Source: Marsupella aquatica (taxonomy: Eukaryota > Plantae > Marchantiophyta). Taken from it: a stretch of 64,000 nucleotides of DNA. Position 1 is the first letter of the stretch, and each line of letters opens with the position of its first letter. This document shows, piece by piece, positions 23,169 through 36,321 of the stretch. The notes below the pieces were generated by a model that ran no database searches, was not told the origin of the DNA, and saw nothing but the letters and a program-made list of their open reading frames with translations. The position numbers and the translations under genes were made by a program. The stretch lies in assembly GCA_973895155.1 (NCBI GenBank), contig OZ316897.1:10873832-10937831 (forward strand), written 5' to 3'.

Positions 23169-25211
23169 ATGGCTACCGGTGAGGGGAGTGGAGGGCAAGG
23201 TGGTAGTGGTAGTGGTAGTGGCAATGGGGGAAATCCAGAGAAAGAGAAGAATGCCTGGGCAGACTTAGTGGCCCAACATCTCAGTGCTGCACAATTGGGA
23301 GAAGTGAATCTCAATTCTCCAGCAGGGCTTGCCTCTTTGAGTGCCATTCTTGGACAGGTTTTGCAAACTGGGATTGTAGCAGGACAAGCTACTAGAGAGG
23401 GGGAGGAGAGGGCCGCAGCTGAAGAGAAGGCTAGAGAGAAAAAAGGAAGAGAGAGGAAAGAACTAAGTCAGGAGTTGCCTCTCCTCAAGCCCTAGAGAAG
23501 CAGAAGAGAAGAGAAGAGAGGAGAGAGATTCAATTCAAAAACAGAGGGAGGAGCAACGTCAGAAAGAGGAAGCAAGAAAAAAACTTCCATTCATTGCCTT
23601 GGAGACGAGTGGGACTCCAACTGAGCTAGCGTATGCAGGGGCTAAGAGCACAATCAAGCAGATTATCACAAGCAATTTCTCACGAGGCATGCAGTGGGGG
23701 AAGATTGAGAAGGCAGAGCGAAAGAGGGTCATCAACCAAATCAAGGATGCATTTCGCAATGGGCCTGACATAGATGAGCAATGGTTGGCAGATAAGATTT
23801 CAAATTCTATGTCTCAAATGCGATACCATGACAGGATGAAGATTAGAGCCCACCTGAAAGACTTGAGATCATACAGGAACTTGCGCAGACCCCTCCACTT
23901 CACCGAGGACATCTGGAATTCGTTTTACAAGATTGAGGTGCAAATTAAGGCAGCTCACGAGTTGGAAGAGTGGAAGGGCAATCTAGATCGAGCCTTGAAA
24001 GCAAAGGAGGCCGGGAAGCTCCCCCCTGACCACAACCTGAAGCCACTTGAGCAGAAGGTAGCTGAGATGCAGAAGGTGGCCGACCAGGAGGGAAAGCCAC
24101 CCAAGCGTTTCACAGATGCAGCCAAACGAGTAAAATCCACCCCCAATCCAATCCACAAGTTGGGTCAAGGCGGGCTCCCCGGCCTCAAGTCACACTTTGT
24201 GAGTGCCTCTTGCTCCTCCCTAACCTCTCTATTCCTTTCAAAGTTGTGCAATGCAAGTGAATGACATCCCCGAATGTTCTTGCTGTTGTGCATGCTTGCT
24301 TGGTTACTAGTTTAGGGCAACTCTGACACTTAGAATTTTTGGCAAATTTTTAAAAACTCTCGGGAACACAGTTTGCGAAGGTGTTGCGATGCGCATTTGT
24401 TCGCAAACCCCTCGCAAAGTCTATCATGGACTTTTTCCATTTCAATTTTCCGATGCCTTTGCAAACAAATGCGCATCGCATACTCCATCGCAATGCCTTC
24501 GCAAAAAATGTGGTTCGCAAGTTGCCATGCTTATAGGTTCGCAAATTTGAATTTTAAATTTTTTTTGGGTCGTGTTTAGTAGTTGAGGATTTAGGCGTCA
24601 TTTGTGGCTATAGGGTATGCTTAAGGGCAAATTTAACCAATTTTAATTGGTTTTATGCATGGCAGTATCGGAGGTACAAAAGGAAGATATCAAAAAAGCA
24701 TATTGAGGTGGCGATAGAGCATGGACGAAAGTACCTCTTTGCGATGGTAGATGCCGAGTTGGCTACTATAAGTGTCTAAGTGTGAACCATATGATTAGCA
24801 TGCGAACATTGTGAGTGACCCTTTATGTCTTGCGGAAACTAATGATATGTAATGGATGCAGGATTCGGATGAGCCTGAGGGGTCGGGTGCTGATGTGAGC
24901 AGTAGTGATGACGATGAGGGGGCTACTCCTGGTACTAGTGTTGCTCGGGGGGGAGTAGTCGTGAGGTAGGTTCTTCCCACCGTGGTAGTGGTGGTAGTCG
25001 TGTGTCATCAGCACACGTTGATGACCAGGGGGAGGAGGAGGACCCTGAGGATGAGGAGGAGGAGCAGGAGGGGCAGGAGGAGCCAAAGGAGCAGCAGGAG
25101 CAGGAGCGCCGACGGCCATCACGCACCCATCACCAACAGGATCCCCGGAAGGATAAGGGCAAGAAGCCAGCCAAGAAGCCAACCAAGAGGAGCCGCAAGA
25201 GCCCATTCTAG
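23169..25211 (+). pseudogene. Second CACTA gene (ORF2, TnpA/Ptta-like accessory protein); predicted exons 23169-24198, 24666-~24767, 24862-25211
   Basis: Coiled-coil N-terminus, then ...PIHKLGQGG motif reminiscent of Ptta/Transposase_24-type proteins, acidic tract and basic C-terminus. Frameshifts in the purine tract 23440-23530 and the G-run ~24950; one donor appears mutated (ATAAGT). Confidence 0.6.
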
Positions 25212-25996
25212 TTATTTTGTAGAGATACATGCATGAGAGTGACTTGTCATGCCGGAGCTTAGGGTAGGAAGAGGCAGGATAGGTTTAGAAGGGCGGACCT
25301 AGCATCAGATATTTCCCCCCTCTTGTCCATGTATAGGGTTCTTTGAAGCCCTATCATTTTGTTCATGCTTTTCCATTTTATAAAACAACAATTTTGCCTT
25401 CCACATTGGGTCCCAAGGAAAACCCCTCGCAAATAATGTATTGAATCCTCTGTGATCATAATTTTGCGAACCCTTTAAGAACTCATTCCCATCGCACAAT
25501 ATAAACCCCAAGGCGTCGCACTTTTTGAGTCAATTAACTTCAGAACTTCAGATCCAAATATGTCGGGTTTTTGTGATACTTCTAGGATCGCACTTTCCTA
25601 ATCCAAACCGTTCACAAACTTCTGAAATCACCGGTATCGCTCTTTGTCATACAATCCCCATCAAAACAATTGAACCAGTATCTTTCGCAAATATGATGCG
25701 ATGGTATATCCTTCTCAAATATCGACGCCCGCGCGGGACGTGTGCGTGTATGTTTGCGAACCTTATGCGACGTATAATGGATCGCACAAGTATTGAATCT
25801 TGCGAACCTCTCAGCTTCACAGTTTGCCATGGTGTTGCGATGCCGTTGCGATGGTCCGCGTGTGAAGTTATTAGGTTCGCAAAGTGCAAAGGTGGTGCGA
25901 TGCGCGTATGTTCGCAATGGCCAGAATTATGAAAATCAGGGGCTTGTTAGTTGCGATGAGATTGTCTTCGCAAAACCGGCCGATAGTGTTGTAGTG

Positions 25997-26290
25997 AAGT
26001 GACTCCTTCCCAGCCTGAGCATGTTGGGGTGAGTGTTGATAGTCCAAGTGATAAAGATATTGTCCAAATATTGCGGGAAATATTGTCCATAGATAGAGCT
26101 CAAACAAAGGTCGAGCGGAAATATTATCTGGAGTTGGAAGAATATCGCAATACCTATCATTGAACCCACTCAGGAGCTGATTGTGCCTCCACGCAATGCA
26201 TTCTGCACACATAGAGCAGGAATGGTCAAAGTCAGGGTGGAGCCAGTTGTCTGAATGATCTAAAGCGCGATGGAGTCAGTTGTCTCAATG
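25997..26290 (-). pseudogene. Remnant of a third LRR-RLP copy (LRR-NT fragment fused to upstream sequence), split by the CACTA insertion; continues at ~15965-16019
   Basis: aagtgactccttcccagcctgagc..ttggggtgagt matches 10459-10500 (TWxINTHPN...GWEGVTC). The left flank reads CNID*VVSAIKL. 26148-26270 matches 12979-13092. Confidence 0.75.
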
Positions 26291-28589
26291 ACCTAACCTG
26301 GGTGGCTTTACAAGACGTTGGGGCAGTTTTCACATTTTTTTTTGTCTCCAAGATATGACCAGAGCCATCCATTTGGGAGAAACTGCTGCTATGCACATTA
26401 CAAAACATTGGGGACACTTTCAACCCAACTTACCAATTTTACATGGAATGTAATGGGGCCCAAGTTTTGCCTATGTGTAGCACTCTTTTGTCCTAGATTT
26501 TAGACCACCTCTCTTAGAGGTCTATTCTTCTGGCCTCTTGGTCCATTTTTATTTGAAGTCATTTACATTAAAAAGAATCCACAAGTCCTTTATAATATTT
26601 TCTCTTCTGACATCTAGAAAGACTTTAGCCAAAGGTTAGGTGACATTCAGGTGGAGTGGGCCCTCAATCTGCCATTCAGTAAATTAATCTGACAAGACCT
26701 TGCGGGCAATATAAGGATTCAAAAAATGTTTTTAGCCCTGGGACACTGTATTTAGTGTGTGCAATGGCCTCCAGTTTGCTTTGGTGAAGAAAACTCCCAA
26801 GTGCCCCTAGTCTTGTAAAGTCCTCCTACAGCACTGCAATCCTATTATTATGTAACTAAGACTACGATGTCTGCGTCTCGATCCCGGAGTCAGGCACCTA
26901 CGAAGGAACTCTGACAATGAGTTCTGGTTACGGGTCTAGTTAGAGACTCTTGTAATTCTAAAAATTCAGGGAAAAATCCACATCACCTCATAAATTCTTA
27001 ACCATTGGATCTATGTAATTGGACCATCTAGATTCTTTTCATGTGTGAACACTTGTGTGAACAATTAGGTGGGACAAAAGTGTCACTTCAATTCTCAGCC
27101 ATTGGATGTTTCTGATTGGAGCATCTAGATGCTTTGCATGTGAGAACACATGTGGGACAAAAATGAGAACTAATGTCAGATTGCATTACATAATGTGCAT
27201 GCATTGATGTCATGCCAAAATAGATGCATGTATATTTCTCTCCCATTTTTCTTAACCATACCATGCCAAGTGAATGAGTGTACAATTAACTTTCCCCCCT
27301 TTTTCTTTAACTTTTGTCCTTTATAAATGCGGAAAGAGTGTGAGTCCGAAGAGGGTATTTCAAATACTAAAATATCAAAGATTCTAATAACTTAGGAGGA
27401 TTGTATATAGACCTAAAATTTCATTTAGAACAAACAAGATAGATTTAAATGTTCCTCCAAAATATAAGAAGGGGTACCTGGGAGGTTTCGGTCACATGTA
27501 TATCTCATTACATTTTCCTTAGTGAGGGCCAAGGGGGATGTACATCCTTAATATTGTTAGTTATGTTGAGATAAAATTGACCCACCATGTTGTCACATGG
27601 AACTAGTGCACAATATACAATCTATTTTGACATAGAGATGTTTGGTTTGCCCAGTTTAGGGTGTGTCTATGACCAAAAGAAAAAATTCACTATACACTAA
27701 CCTTGGGGGCCTCAATCCAAGGGGTGTCCCATATCACGCTTGAAGTTTTGGGGGAATAAACACCCTAAAAGTTAAGTCAATAAAGGGTTTTTTAGAAAAA
27801 AATTTACCCATAACTTAATGGAATATTCTTGGGAATATTCCCATATTTGCTCTTAAAAACCCTATGCTTCTTATCAAAATTGGATTAAAATAACCCTAAT
27901 GTTCTTCAACAAAAATTTAAAAGTATTTCACTAAACCCAATAAAAAACCCTATACTTATTCGTAAGTGATGGGTCGGAAGAAAAGAAGTGAGGACCCCGG
28001 GACACTAACACCATACATTGGCTACGGTAGTCACAAACTGAGCTCCATGACACAATATTCTTCTTTCTTTCCAGTCTCCAACTCTTGACCATTGATCTCT
28101 AGTGTGAGCACAATAAAGTGTTCCTCCAAGGTATAGGCCTTCTCCACTAGTCTAACCTAAGCAGCACTTAACCATGATTAATTTGTGCTCCAGTTAACCC
28201 CATGTAACCACTTGCCAGAGTTATGTATCAACAAGTTGTTAATTTCCTGCTCTCAACAATGTTGTAATGGATGGAGCATGCAATTGTAAAAAAGAACACA
28301 CACGCACCCCAATCCTCCCCCACTTAACCCTAAACCTACCCCCTTTCCCTTTACCACATCAAACAACTTTCCTAATTTTTTGGCACCAAACAAATTTTGC
28401 CTTTCGGTAGAGTCCAATTGATAGAAAAATGGTTTTTTGGCAACAAACAAATCTTGCCTTTTGGTAGAGTGGCCAATAGATAGAAAAATGGTCAGAAAAT
28501 TAAAGCTCAATGTTACTAACAGATCCCAACTAGACCCACATACTGGTTTGAATTCCCTTTATAGGATAACTACAAAGGGAATTGAAGAG

Positions 28590-29385
28590 GTCGCAGGACT
28601 CTTTAGACGACAGTTTCACTTTGCACAGACAGACAGAGATAGACTTCCGCGGGGCCGAGTTACTGTAAAGCCACCTTGACCGCTCAAATCATTCACTTCG
28701 ACACTTCTCTTGTAATATTTAAACCATTCCAGACTACTTTGTCAAAAGAATGAATCCGTCCGGAGAACCTTCAAGAAGCAGCTCCGTGCTTTTCGCTCTC
28801 CACACTTGATGAGCACCGTACCTCCCTATTGACGTCCCTCGTAAGTTCTAAATTCAACGAGGAAAAACCAACGACGGGGCATCCGTGACAAGCTTATACA
28901 GTTAATCAATTATGTTTGCTTGGAAGCCAATAAATTGTAAATTGATGGTGAGTACAATCAAGCCAAAAAAATAACACAGGATGATCGGAGCGGACGGATA
29001 GCGGACCTAAATGGAAAACTCTGTCCATACTGAGCGTAGATGCGGCCATGTTTTGTCCTCGTTTGAAGTAGTCCTAGATCACTGTAATATGAACTAGCAG
29101 GATTCAATACAATCGTTATCCTGTTAGAATTTGTCTAGTAGAATCGTCGTTCAGTCGAGATGATCGATGCAATTGATTGTGATTTCGCAAGTGTCGCATA
29201 TTACGCATCGGTATCAGGTGTTAGATATCCATTTCAAGTGAAAAGTTTGATGCATGGTAACAAGAATAAAGACGGGAAGTTTGCACCAGATAAGGTAGTG
29301 AAAGACAGCAGATAGCTTTGACTGAATCCGGTGACATTGAATGTGGTCGAGCAGCTGCTACTCTGCATCCATGACGTTACAGAGT
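28590..29385 (-). repeat. Copy C of the LRR-RLP far-upstream region (paralog of 13380-14200 and 4925-5175)
   Basis: Near-identical blocks such as gacagcagatagctttgactgaatccggtgacattgaatgtggtcgagcagct (14101/29303). Confidence 0.85.
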
Positions 29386-31734
29386 TACTGGAATAATCAA
29401 TCACAAAAGAGTTAGTTCAGCTCAAGTCAATTACCTCACGTGTATCAATTGAATATTCAATCACAAAAAACAGTCAGCTCACAATTCCATTACCTCAAGT
29501 GAGTCAGGGTCCTCATCTTAGGAAGGGAAAGTTACTCGATTGCCCAGTAATGTGTATATTGCTAAACTGACCAAAATACCCATAGAGTTCAAATACCCTT
29601 CCAACTTCTCTGAAATGGAAGGCACTATAGTCAGCTCTCTCTAAGCGCACCCTCCCTAAGCACAAAAAACTGGTTTACTGCGAGGCATCTCGTTAAATAT
29701 ATACCTTTCAATTTACAAGGAGTTTGGACTTTTGCATCTTTTCTAAGTGCAGGGCCCTGGAATCATTTTGCTAATCCACAACTTTAATTTAGCAAAACCC
29801 TTGATAAGAGAATTTTGTACTGTACTAAGAATGGGTTGCACTTATCAGTAAGCGCATAATCCCATCAGATTGCATTTACTGAACATGCACACCCTTTCTT
29901 AGTAGAATTGAAAATGTATAATTTATGGAGTTGGACACTAAATTTAGGGCAGGGATTGTACAATTTGTATGATGAGTCATGAGAGCGCTCACCCACAGAG
30001 GGGCCACTTATTGATAAGTCCACTTGAGGAGGTTTGCACTTATCAAAGAGTGCAAAAACTGGCTTAGTGTACATCAGATCGGTTTTCCCGAAAGTGTGCA
30101 CTCGATCAGATAGAATTAGTGTATACTTCTCTTGAACCCCTCCTACTTCTCTGGAATGAAAGTGTTCCTATTGCCGCCACTTTCATCAACTGCTATTGAA
30201 ATTAAAGTCTACCATGTCTAAGTGCAGGCTCCCAGGAAGACACCCCAAGCTGGCACTTATCCACTCTATGCACTATGTGTTAAGTTGCACGGGATATCAT
30301 TTTCGCACTTGTTTATATTGCATGTTGCATTACCAATAAGGGCATGTAAATTTTTTATGCACTTCCCCATATGTGTTGTCAGCTTTTACACATTTTATCA
30401 TATTTTTTAAGGGGAAATCTGTGAAACCCCATTATAGAAAGGAACAGACAATCATAACATTTGAACCCAAGACTTATTGTCACTACTCAAGTGAACTATC
30501 ACACAGTCCTGCCTCTCTGGGCATCAGGTGTTACACATTAGTCTCCTCACAGCCCAACCTTCATATTGCATGATTCAACTAAATAAGGGCATCCACTGCA
30601 CTTATCAATAATGCTTCTAATATATGTATTGCAGTGGCAAATGCATGTGCACTCTCATAGAGGGAAATGTACATTAGTCTTATGTATTTGTCTTTGCGTG
30701 ATATGCACGTGATATGCACCTGCAATCACAGATGGTGTAATTTTGGTGCATTTACACAGGAGGCCGCTGTCATATTAAGGTACTAGCCTACCTGCCTGCA
30801 GTTACCCCCACAGAATGCACTTATGCATGTAGACTTTAGTGGGCAGTGCTATTATCAACAACCGTTTGAAAGTTATAAAGCAAAGTTATGGCCATTGAAA
30901 ATGATAAAGCAAAGTTACGGCCATTGAAAGTAATAAAGCAAAGTTATGTCAACAACCCTTGAAAATAATAAATATATATCACATTACCCAAAAGATAAAA
31001 ATGCCAAACCAGTAGCCAGTAGACATGATCCCACAGGCCAAAAAGGCCCAATAAAGGGAGGAAAAAGCAAATAACAAAGGGAGTAAATAAACCAAGTAAC
31101 AAAGCAAAGTTCTGTCAATGGCCAATGAAAGTAATAAAACAAAGTTCTGTTGACACTTAAAGTAATAAAGCAAAGTCCCCAATGCATGAGGCCTTTCGGG
31201 GTGAAGGATTTCAAATTTTTAATTTGAATGCTTTGGACTAGATCGCTTTAAATAACCACTGTCAGTGTAAAAGGAGGACATGACAAAAACCTGTCATTTT
31301 TCATTCTGTCCATCTTTTGCTCCATTTTTTCAGGAGCTTAACTACACTGTTCAGCATAATAGTATTCCTCACACTGATATGAGAAGAGACATTTCCGGGC
31401 TCTTCCCATGGATTAGTGTTATGCAGGGTAATTCTGTTATAACACTAATTCCACATACAATGAATTAGTGTTACTGAGGTCTCCGGTGCGAGAAAATAGG
31501 GGAAAAAACTATTTTGGAAAATCCACAAGCATTAGTGCTACTTTAGACTCAAGATCACCCAAGTTTTACTAACACTCTCTACAAAAGTGGAACACATTTA
31601 TTTTGAAAATTTGACAAAAATTAGTGTTACTTTGGACTCCTGATCACTAATTTGGTAGTAACACTAACTTACTATTTTAACAGTAATTGCAGTGAACTGT
31701 GTATTTATGAGAACTCAATAACTGTGCATTGCAC

Positions 31735-32090
31735 AAAGATGTCGTTAAGAAAAATGATGCAGTCCAAGATGTCGTCATCTGAAAGGTGTCATGAAGTAAA
31801 AAGTTGCCGATAAGAAAAAAAGTTGTTTCGCCAAAGATGTTGTTATGTGCGAGGTTATGTGAAAGATGTCATGAAGTAAAAAGTTATTGGTAAGAAAAAA
31901 ATATTGTTTCGCCAAAGATGTTGTTATGTACGAGGTTATGTGAAAGATGTTGTGAAGCAAAAAGATGTCGTTAAGAAAAAAAGTTGTTTTGCCAAAGATG
32001 TCGTTCTGTGAAAGATGTCGTTAAGAAAAAAGATGTCATGTCACCCAAGATGCCATTACGTGAATTATATTGTTAAAAAAAGGTGTCATT
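31735..32090. repeat. Tandem array of aaagatgt(c/t)gtt(a/c) motifs, likely TE subterminal repeats
   Basis: ~78-bp unit aagtaaaaagtt..taagaaaaaaa.ttgtttcgccaaagatgttgttatgt.cgaggttatgtgaaagatgt repeated. Confidence 0.7.
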
Positions 32091-33147
32091 TTTCTAAGAC
32101 TGGCTATGTGCACCACAAAAGTATAACAAAATGAGAGGTTTTTTATTTTATTTTAATTAACCATTTTTATCTTATGTTCTTTTTAAACATTAACCCCCCC
32201 CCCCCTTTCCCCCATTTTCACTATTGTTGATCTCCTCTTTTTCTCATTCACCATCACTCCATTCGCTCGCCCCCCACCCACGCAAGGCTGGAGCCCTGCA
32301 AGGGGCCGCCCTACATCGTGATTGTACCATGTGCCTCACACCTTGTCATCAACATCAGTGCCATGCTCTTTACTATGTCTTTGGGCTTATTGCTTTTGGC
32401 ATTGAAAATGACAATGCAAATGACTGTAAAAATCACCACAATTATTGGGAGAATAGTTTTTTTATTGATTAGTGTATGCAATACTCTATTGACTAAAATA
32501 CTATCTGCAATCAAACTCCTCCTATCAATATTACACAAAACTATGTTCACTCACAATACTAAATATGTACAATACTTACTTGCATGCGAGTATGTCCTTG
32601 CATAGATCATGGAGGGAGGATCCTCCATGATCCTTGTGCATTGTGCTAAACTTTTGTGTGATTATTTCTTGCTTGGACAATGATGCAACGCTTTTTGAGC
32701 CACGCTAAACTATATTCACACTTTGGCTTTATTCTTTATCTTTGACCAGATTTTTCAATTTTCCAAAATGGTTATGTAAGTGTAACTTGAGGAGGCTATT
32801 CAAACTCCAGTAGGAATTGAGCATTAGGTTAATTAGGCTAGACTTTTTAATTTTCAAGTTTTGGACTTAGGCCAGGGAGTTAAGGGGTAGCCAACCTACC
32901 GCTCAATGCCAGTGTTCAATTTGAACAATTTGGAGTTTCAGGCACAGATAGAAAAGTTGGAGCTTGATGCCATAACAAGATTGTGGGAGTACAATGCTAG
33001 CGTGGAGGATGGTAGTGGATCTTGGAGTGCATCATGAAGGCCTTGGAGTAGACTGCTTGTTTGGTGTGGAGGTTTGCTCTTATTTGTTTTGCTAGTGTTT
33101 CTTTTTTCCTTTCTCTCCGGTTTAGGAGGACAAGTATTACTTATCTT

Positions 33148-33935
33148 GGGGTTCTCACTATATGGAGGCCTCCCTATCACCTACAACATTCTTAGGCTTC
33201 CAATCCCCTAAAATGTAACAAAAGTATTTTACCTTATTAAATTGAATTAAATATTCTTGGAATATTCCAAAATTTTGATTACAAGGACCCTAATGTTCTT
33301 ATAAGTCTCAAAATTGGATTTAAATTACCATAATGTTCTTCTAAGAAAAATTCTAAGTCTTCCCTTAGAACCAATAAAATAACCTTATGCTTTGTCGCAC
33401 GTGATGTGCCAATTTGTGAATGTAAAACCCCCAAGTTGTTGATTTGGCTGCATGCAAAGAGAAGGAAAAAAAACATTGGAAGAAATGCTTGGTGAATAAG
33501 GAAGTGCAAAGCTTGAGTCTTCATATCAATTTTCAAGGTTTGTGTGTAAGTCTGGTATTGCCTTGTACTATTCTCAATGTTGTTCACAATTGCAAGTAAA
33601 ACTATTGTTGGTTGTTTTGAAGGACGACTTGGATGTAGTTTGTATAATTTGTTTACTCTATCAATTTTGTCAAAGAACTATGAAAAGCTCTATCAATGAG
33701 TAAAGAACTATGTTCTAAAGGAATATTTAAGAACTTTTTTAGAAGAACAATATATAGGGTTTTTTAATTCAATTTTTGAGACTTATAAAAACATTAATTA
33801 GGGTCTTTGTAATCAAAATTTGGGAATATTTTAACTTTTTAGGGGTAAAAAAACTTTAAAAATTATTACATTTTAGGGGGTCCAAGACTTAAAAATGTTG
33901 CAGGTGATGGGGAGGTCTCCATCTAGTGCGACCCC
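33148..33935. mobile_element. MITE with long (~200 bp) inverted termini, GGGG-TCTCACTA end (PIF/Harbinger-like?); related half-copies at ~46090-46303 and ~27826-27970
   Basis: Left ggggttctcactatatggaggcctccctatcacctacaacatt vs rc of right ggggtcgcactagatggagacctccccatcacctgcaacatt. TSD not clearly resolved. Confidence 0.75.
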
Positions 33936-36321
33936 TGAGAATATAGTGACCCCTCGAGCTTGTGTTTCAAGGGTGTACATACAAAACCTAAAATGTCACA
34001 AGTAATTGGGGGCTCCATATAGTGAGACCCCTGAGATGTCAACTTAAGTAGTTAGAAATTTAAGCCATCTCAAAATCAACATCTGGCCACTGATTGGGTT
34101 GATTAGTGCTTCTTGCACAACACTGAACATCAACCTGCGAACAATCATGTTCACTCTTTCTTAACTTGTAGCACGTCTTGGACAGGAGTTGTCTCAATGA
34201 AGAGCTTGATGTGTTTAAACATGTTTACTTGGGTAGTGGTAACAGGTGAAGAAGCCACCCAACATGGCCCTCATCAACCTTACAATTGATAGGGTTGGTT
34301 GGTTAGTTGGCTGCCTTCTCCATTTGTGGTCTACCCAATTAAATTCATTTAAATAGACAGTGATTGAAGTGAATAGAACTTTATTATGTCCACTACTTAG
34401 AATTGGTGGAGTGAAATGTTTATGCATTATTTATATATATGCAGTTATTTTGAGTTTGACATCCAACCAACAGTGGATATTCTTGACCAAGGTGTTCACT
34501 TGGGTAGTACAAGCCGGTGGATAAGCCCGACAACTCAGCCCTGCCAGAATAATTATCAAACTGCTAATAAATAAATATATATACCTGTACCTTAGTTAGC
34601 TTATATAATCATGAGAATTGGGTTAGACTACAAAGGAGCTGCCATCCATGGTGTTTGTTTGGAAAACACACAAAGGTTTTGGGAAACAAATATCCCTCAC
34701 ATGGTCTTCCTTGCATCCTTGAACACATCCATCATTCTGCACCTCAGGCCTTCCTTATTTTCTGTCAACCAATCGGGCAACCAATCGATCACTTGCAAAT
34801 AAGTACAGGTTTACTATTTAGGTTTAGCAAAAGATTTAGAAATTTTTGTGCAATACCATTTCAATCCAATTTCTAGGATTTAAATAAAGACAAGGTTTTT
34901 AAACCAAATTTGGTATATTTGCAGAATGCTCCAAAATAGGGATTTTCTCAGAAGATTGTTAGAATGCTTACAATGGTATGCTACCATAATAAGGTCCCCC
35001 CACGCAAGCCCCACACTACAGCAGGTGGCACCTCCAAACAACATAAATATGCCCCTCCTCATTCTACCCACCGTGATGTATGGAATAGAACCAAAGTCCT
35101 GGACCCACCAAGGCACACCTTTACTAAGCCTTGAGTGCTTGCTTCTACATACCATAATCCAAGGGGTTGACTACTTCGTTAGTTATCATATACTTAGTTA
35201 CTTGGATGTCTATATAAGCTCAAATTCTTCCAACATGTTGTTTGATGTTCAATCTTTCCCTGACATAGTTTGAGACTAAACTGGGAACATCCACGCTCTT
35301 CGGATGAGCATGAAAATGGTCCATTATTATAAATCAAGACTTCACTTAACACTTGGAAAATTCCACACAATTCAACTGAAAATTAAGTAGCATAGATGGA
35401 GACCCTTTCAACCACCGGCAGCCAATGCTACAAAACACTGAGTAATGTAACTGAAACATGCTACAAAGAGGGAGAAGATAATTTATTTACAAGTCACATT
35501 TCAGTCATTGTTTAGACACCATTATGCAGGTTGACTTCAATACACTGGTGGACCTTGCCACCCAATGCCCTCACCAATCCCAACACTCTCGCCTAAGTGC
35601 CCTTGGTGTACGAACACCCACAAAAAACTCCTTGAGCAAGCAACTTGACATCCCTGGTACCTCCAGCGGCAACTCCCATACGAAGCAACACTTGCTTTGT
35701 AACACGACCGTCCCTCAACGGTCCTCACTGTCTACACAAGCAACCTAACATCTTGGTAAGTAACCTGTAGGATCTAGGCATTCCAAGACTAGCACCCCAA
35801 TCCCTGGGCCCTCACTCTTAACATATTAAGTGAACCCCCCTAGACCCCCCCCCCCTTGTACCCCTTCTTAATATTGTTTTCTTTCATTAAGACATCCCTT
35901 GTTAGTATAAAAATGTTAATTTTTGCTGTTAAATTTGACCCTTTTGTAACTTATAAAAGAAGTTTTCAAGTAATATAAAACACCCTTGACTTTTTAAAAT
36001 TGTGAATGTCATATAAACATGCAAATGATTCAAAAACATAAATGTCAATTATGTATAATGATCTTGTTGTGCATAAGGAATCTGATGTTAATCAGGGTAC
36101 ACCTTTTACATAGCTCAACAAATTGAGTACTAGATATAGTAGTATCTCTGGTTGTTTATAGACCTTATAAAAGTAAACTAATTTAGCACTAGAAGGATCT
36201 AACAAAGGGAATATTATGCTCTATTAACCTGGAGGAATAATTCCATGTATACTAATGGAAAATTTTTCCATCCTGAGCTAAGCATTGCATGTATCCTAAT
36301 GCTAAATTAATGGGATCAGCC

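Larger units (their letters stand above)
16020..25996. mobile_element. Full-length CACTA (En/Spm) transposon, 9,977 bp
   Basis: Left end CACTACTACATATTGGCCCCTTTTGCGAAG; right end (rc) CACTACAACACTATCGGCCGGTTTTGCGAAG. 3-bp TSD AAG (16017-16019, 25997-25999). Subterminal TTCGCAA/TTGCGAA repeats; internal Tnp2 transposase. Confidence 0.95.

Noticed and set aside
31735-32090. CRISPR-like repeat-spacer array (also considered 5205-5390 and 61084-61250)
   Set aside because: Eukaryotic context, the spacers are themselves repeated, and there are no cas genes.
32606-32632. Small hairpin gatcatggagg...cctccatgatc as a Helitron 3' end
   Set aside because: No CTRR terminus at the expected distance and no other Helitron evidence.
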